A DNA stretch of 64,000 nucleotides, taken from positions 9,487-73,486 of the IMG/VR virus record IMGVR_UViG_3300028025_003013; one strand, written 5' to 3'. The notes below the pieces were generated by a model. It was not told the DNA's origin. It saw only the letters and a list, made by a program, of their open reading frames with translations, and did no database searches. Below, one piece after another: positions 63,764-64,000 of this stretch. The DNA comes from a virus. Every line of letters begins with the position of its first letter. The first letter of the stretch is position 1. The position numbers and the translations under genes are program-made.

Positions 63764-63816
63764 TTTTAAATATCTTCAGTGGATTCTGAAGACGGACATT
63801 AACCAAGGAGAAAACA

Positions 63817-63846
63817 ATGTCACTAAGTAAAGAAGTCGTTATCTAA
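63817..63846 (+). pseudogene. N-terminal 9 codons of an interrupted fibre-associated gene
   Basis: Strong AAGGAG SD, then MSLSKEVVI*; stop overlaps the HNH start. Confidence 0.5.
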
Positions 63847-64000
63847 TGAAGGTATACAGAAAGATCTGGACTGAACACTTTGGTAATATTCCTAAGGATG
63901 CAGCTGGTAGAAGTTATGAAATTCACCATTTGGATGGTGACAGAAATAACAATAGCATAGATAATTTAATCTGTGTTGATATAAATGAACATTACAGAAT
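63846..64000 (+). CDS. HNH homing endonuclease (partial, runs off the window)
   Basis: MKVYRKIWTEHFGNIPKD..GRSYEIHHLDGDRNNNSIDNL.C....EH. Confidence 0.88.
   Translation, partial: MKVYRKIWTEHFGNIPKDAAGRSYEIHHLDGDRNNNSIDNLICVDINEHYR

Overview
This window is part of a large T4-like (myovirus) phage genome using the standard genetic code. The host is probably a betaproteobacterium, inferred mainly from the tmRNA tag ANDEQFALAA. Positions 1-33 kb (+ strand) hold early/middle genes: DNA ligase, RNase H, DsbA, dCMP deaminase, MazG-like proteins, PhoH, GH19 endolysin, exonuclease, SleB, ClpP, gp33, gp59, gp32 and many small hypotheticals. The same region has near-consensus sigma70 promoters, 28 tRNA genes covering all 20 amino acids, several unassigned structured RNAs and a circularly permuted (two-piece) tmRNA. 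Positions 33-64 kb hold the tail/baseplate module (tape-measure-like gene, gp51, gp26, gp16, holin, gp54, gp2, gp4, gp48, gp53, gp5, PAAR, gp25, gp6, gp7, gp8, fibres). The most striking observation is a ribosome-coupled attenuator in front of the tRNA array. A leaderless 40-codon ORF (11612-11734) contains all 20 amino acids in 32 different codons, and its 3' end overlaps an antiterminator that is mutually exclusive with an intrinsic terminator; an rrn-type boxA follows. This looks like a general tRNA-depletion sensor that switches on a backup tRNA set. Other notable items are tRNAs with inverted tertiary pairs, a D-armless tRNA-Tyr-like RNA, a probable -1 frameshift fusing gp26 to gp51, and an HNH gene interrupting a fibre-associated gene at the window end. 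All calls come from reading the sequence by eye; no searches or folding programs were run.
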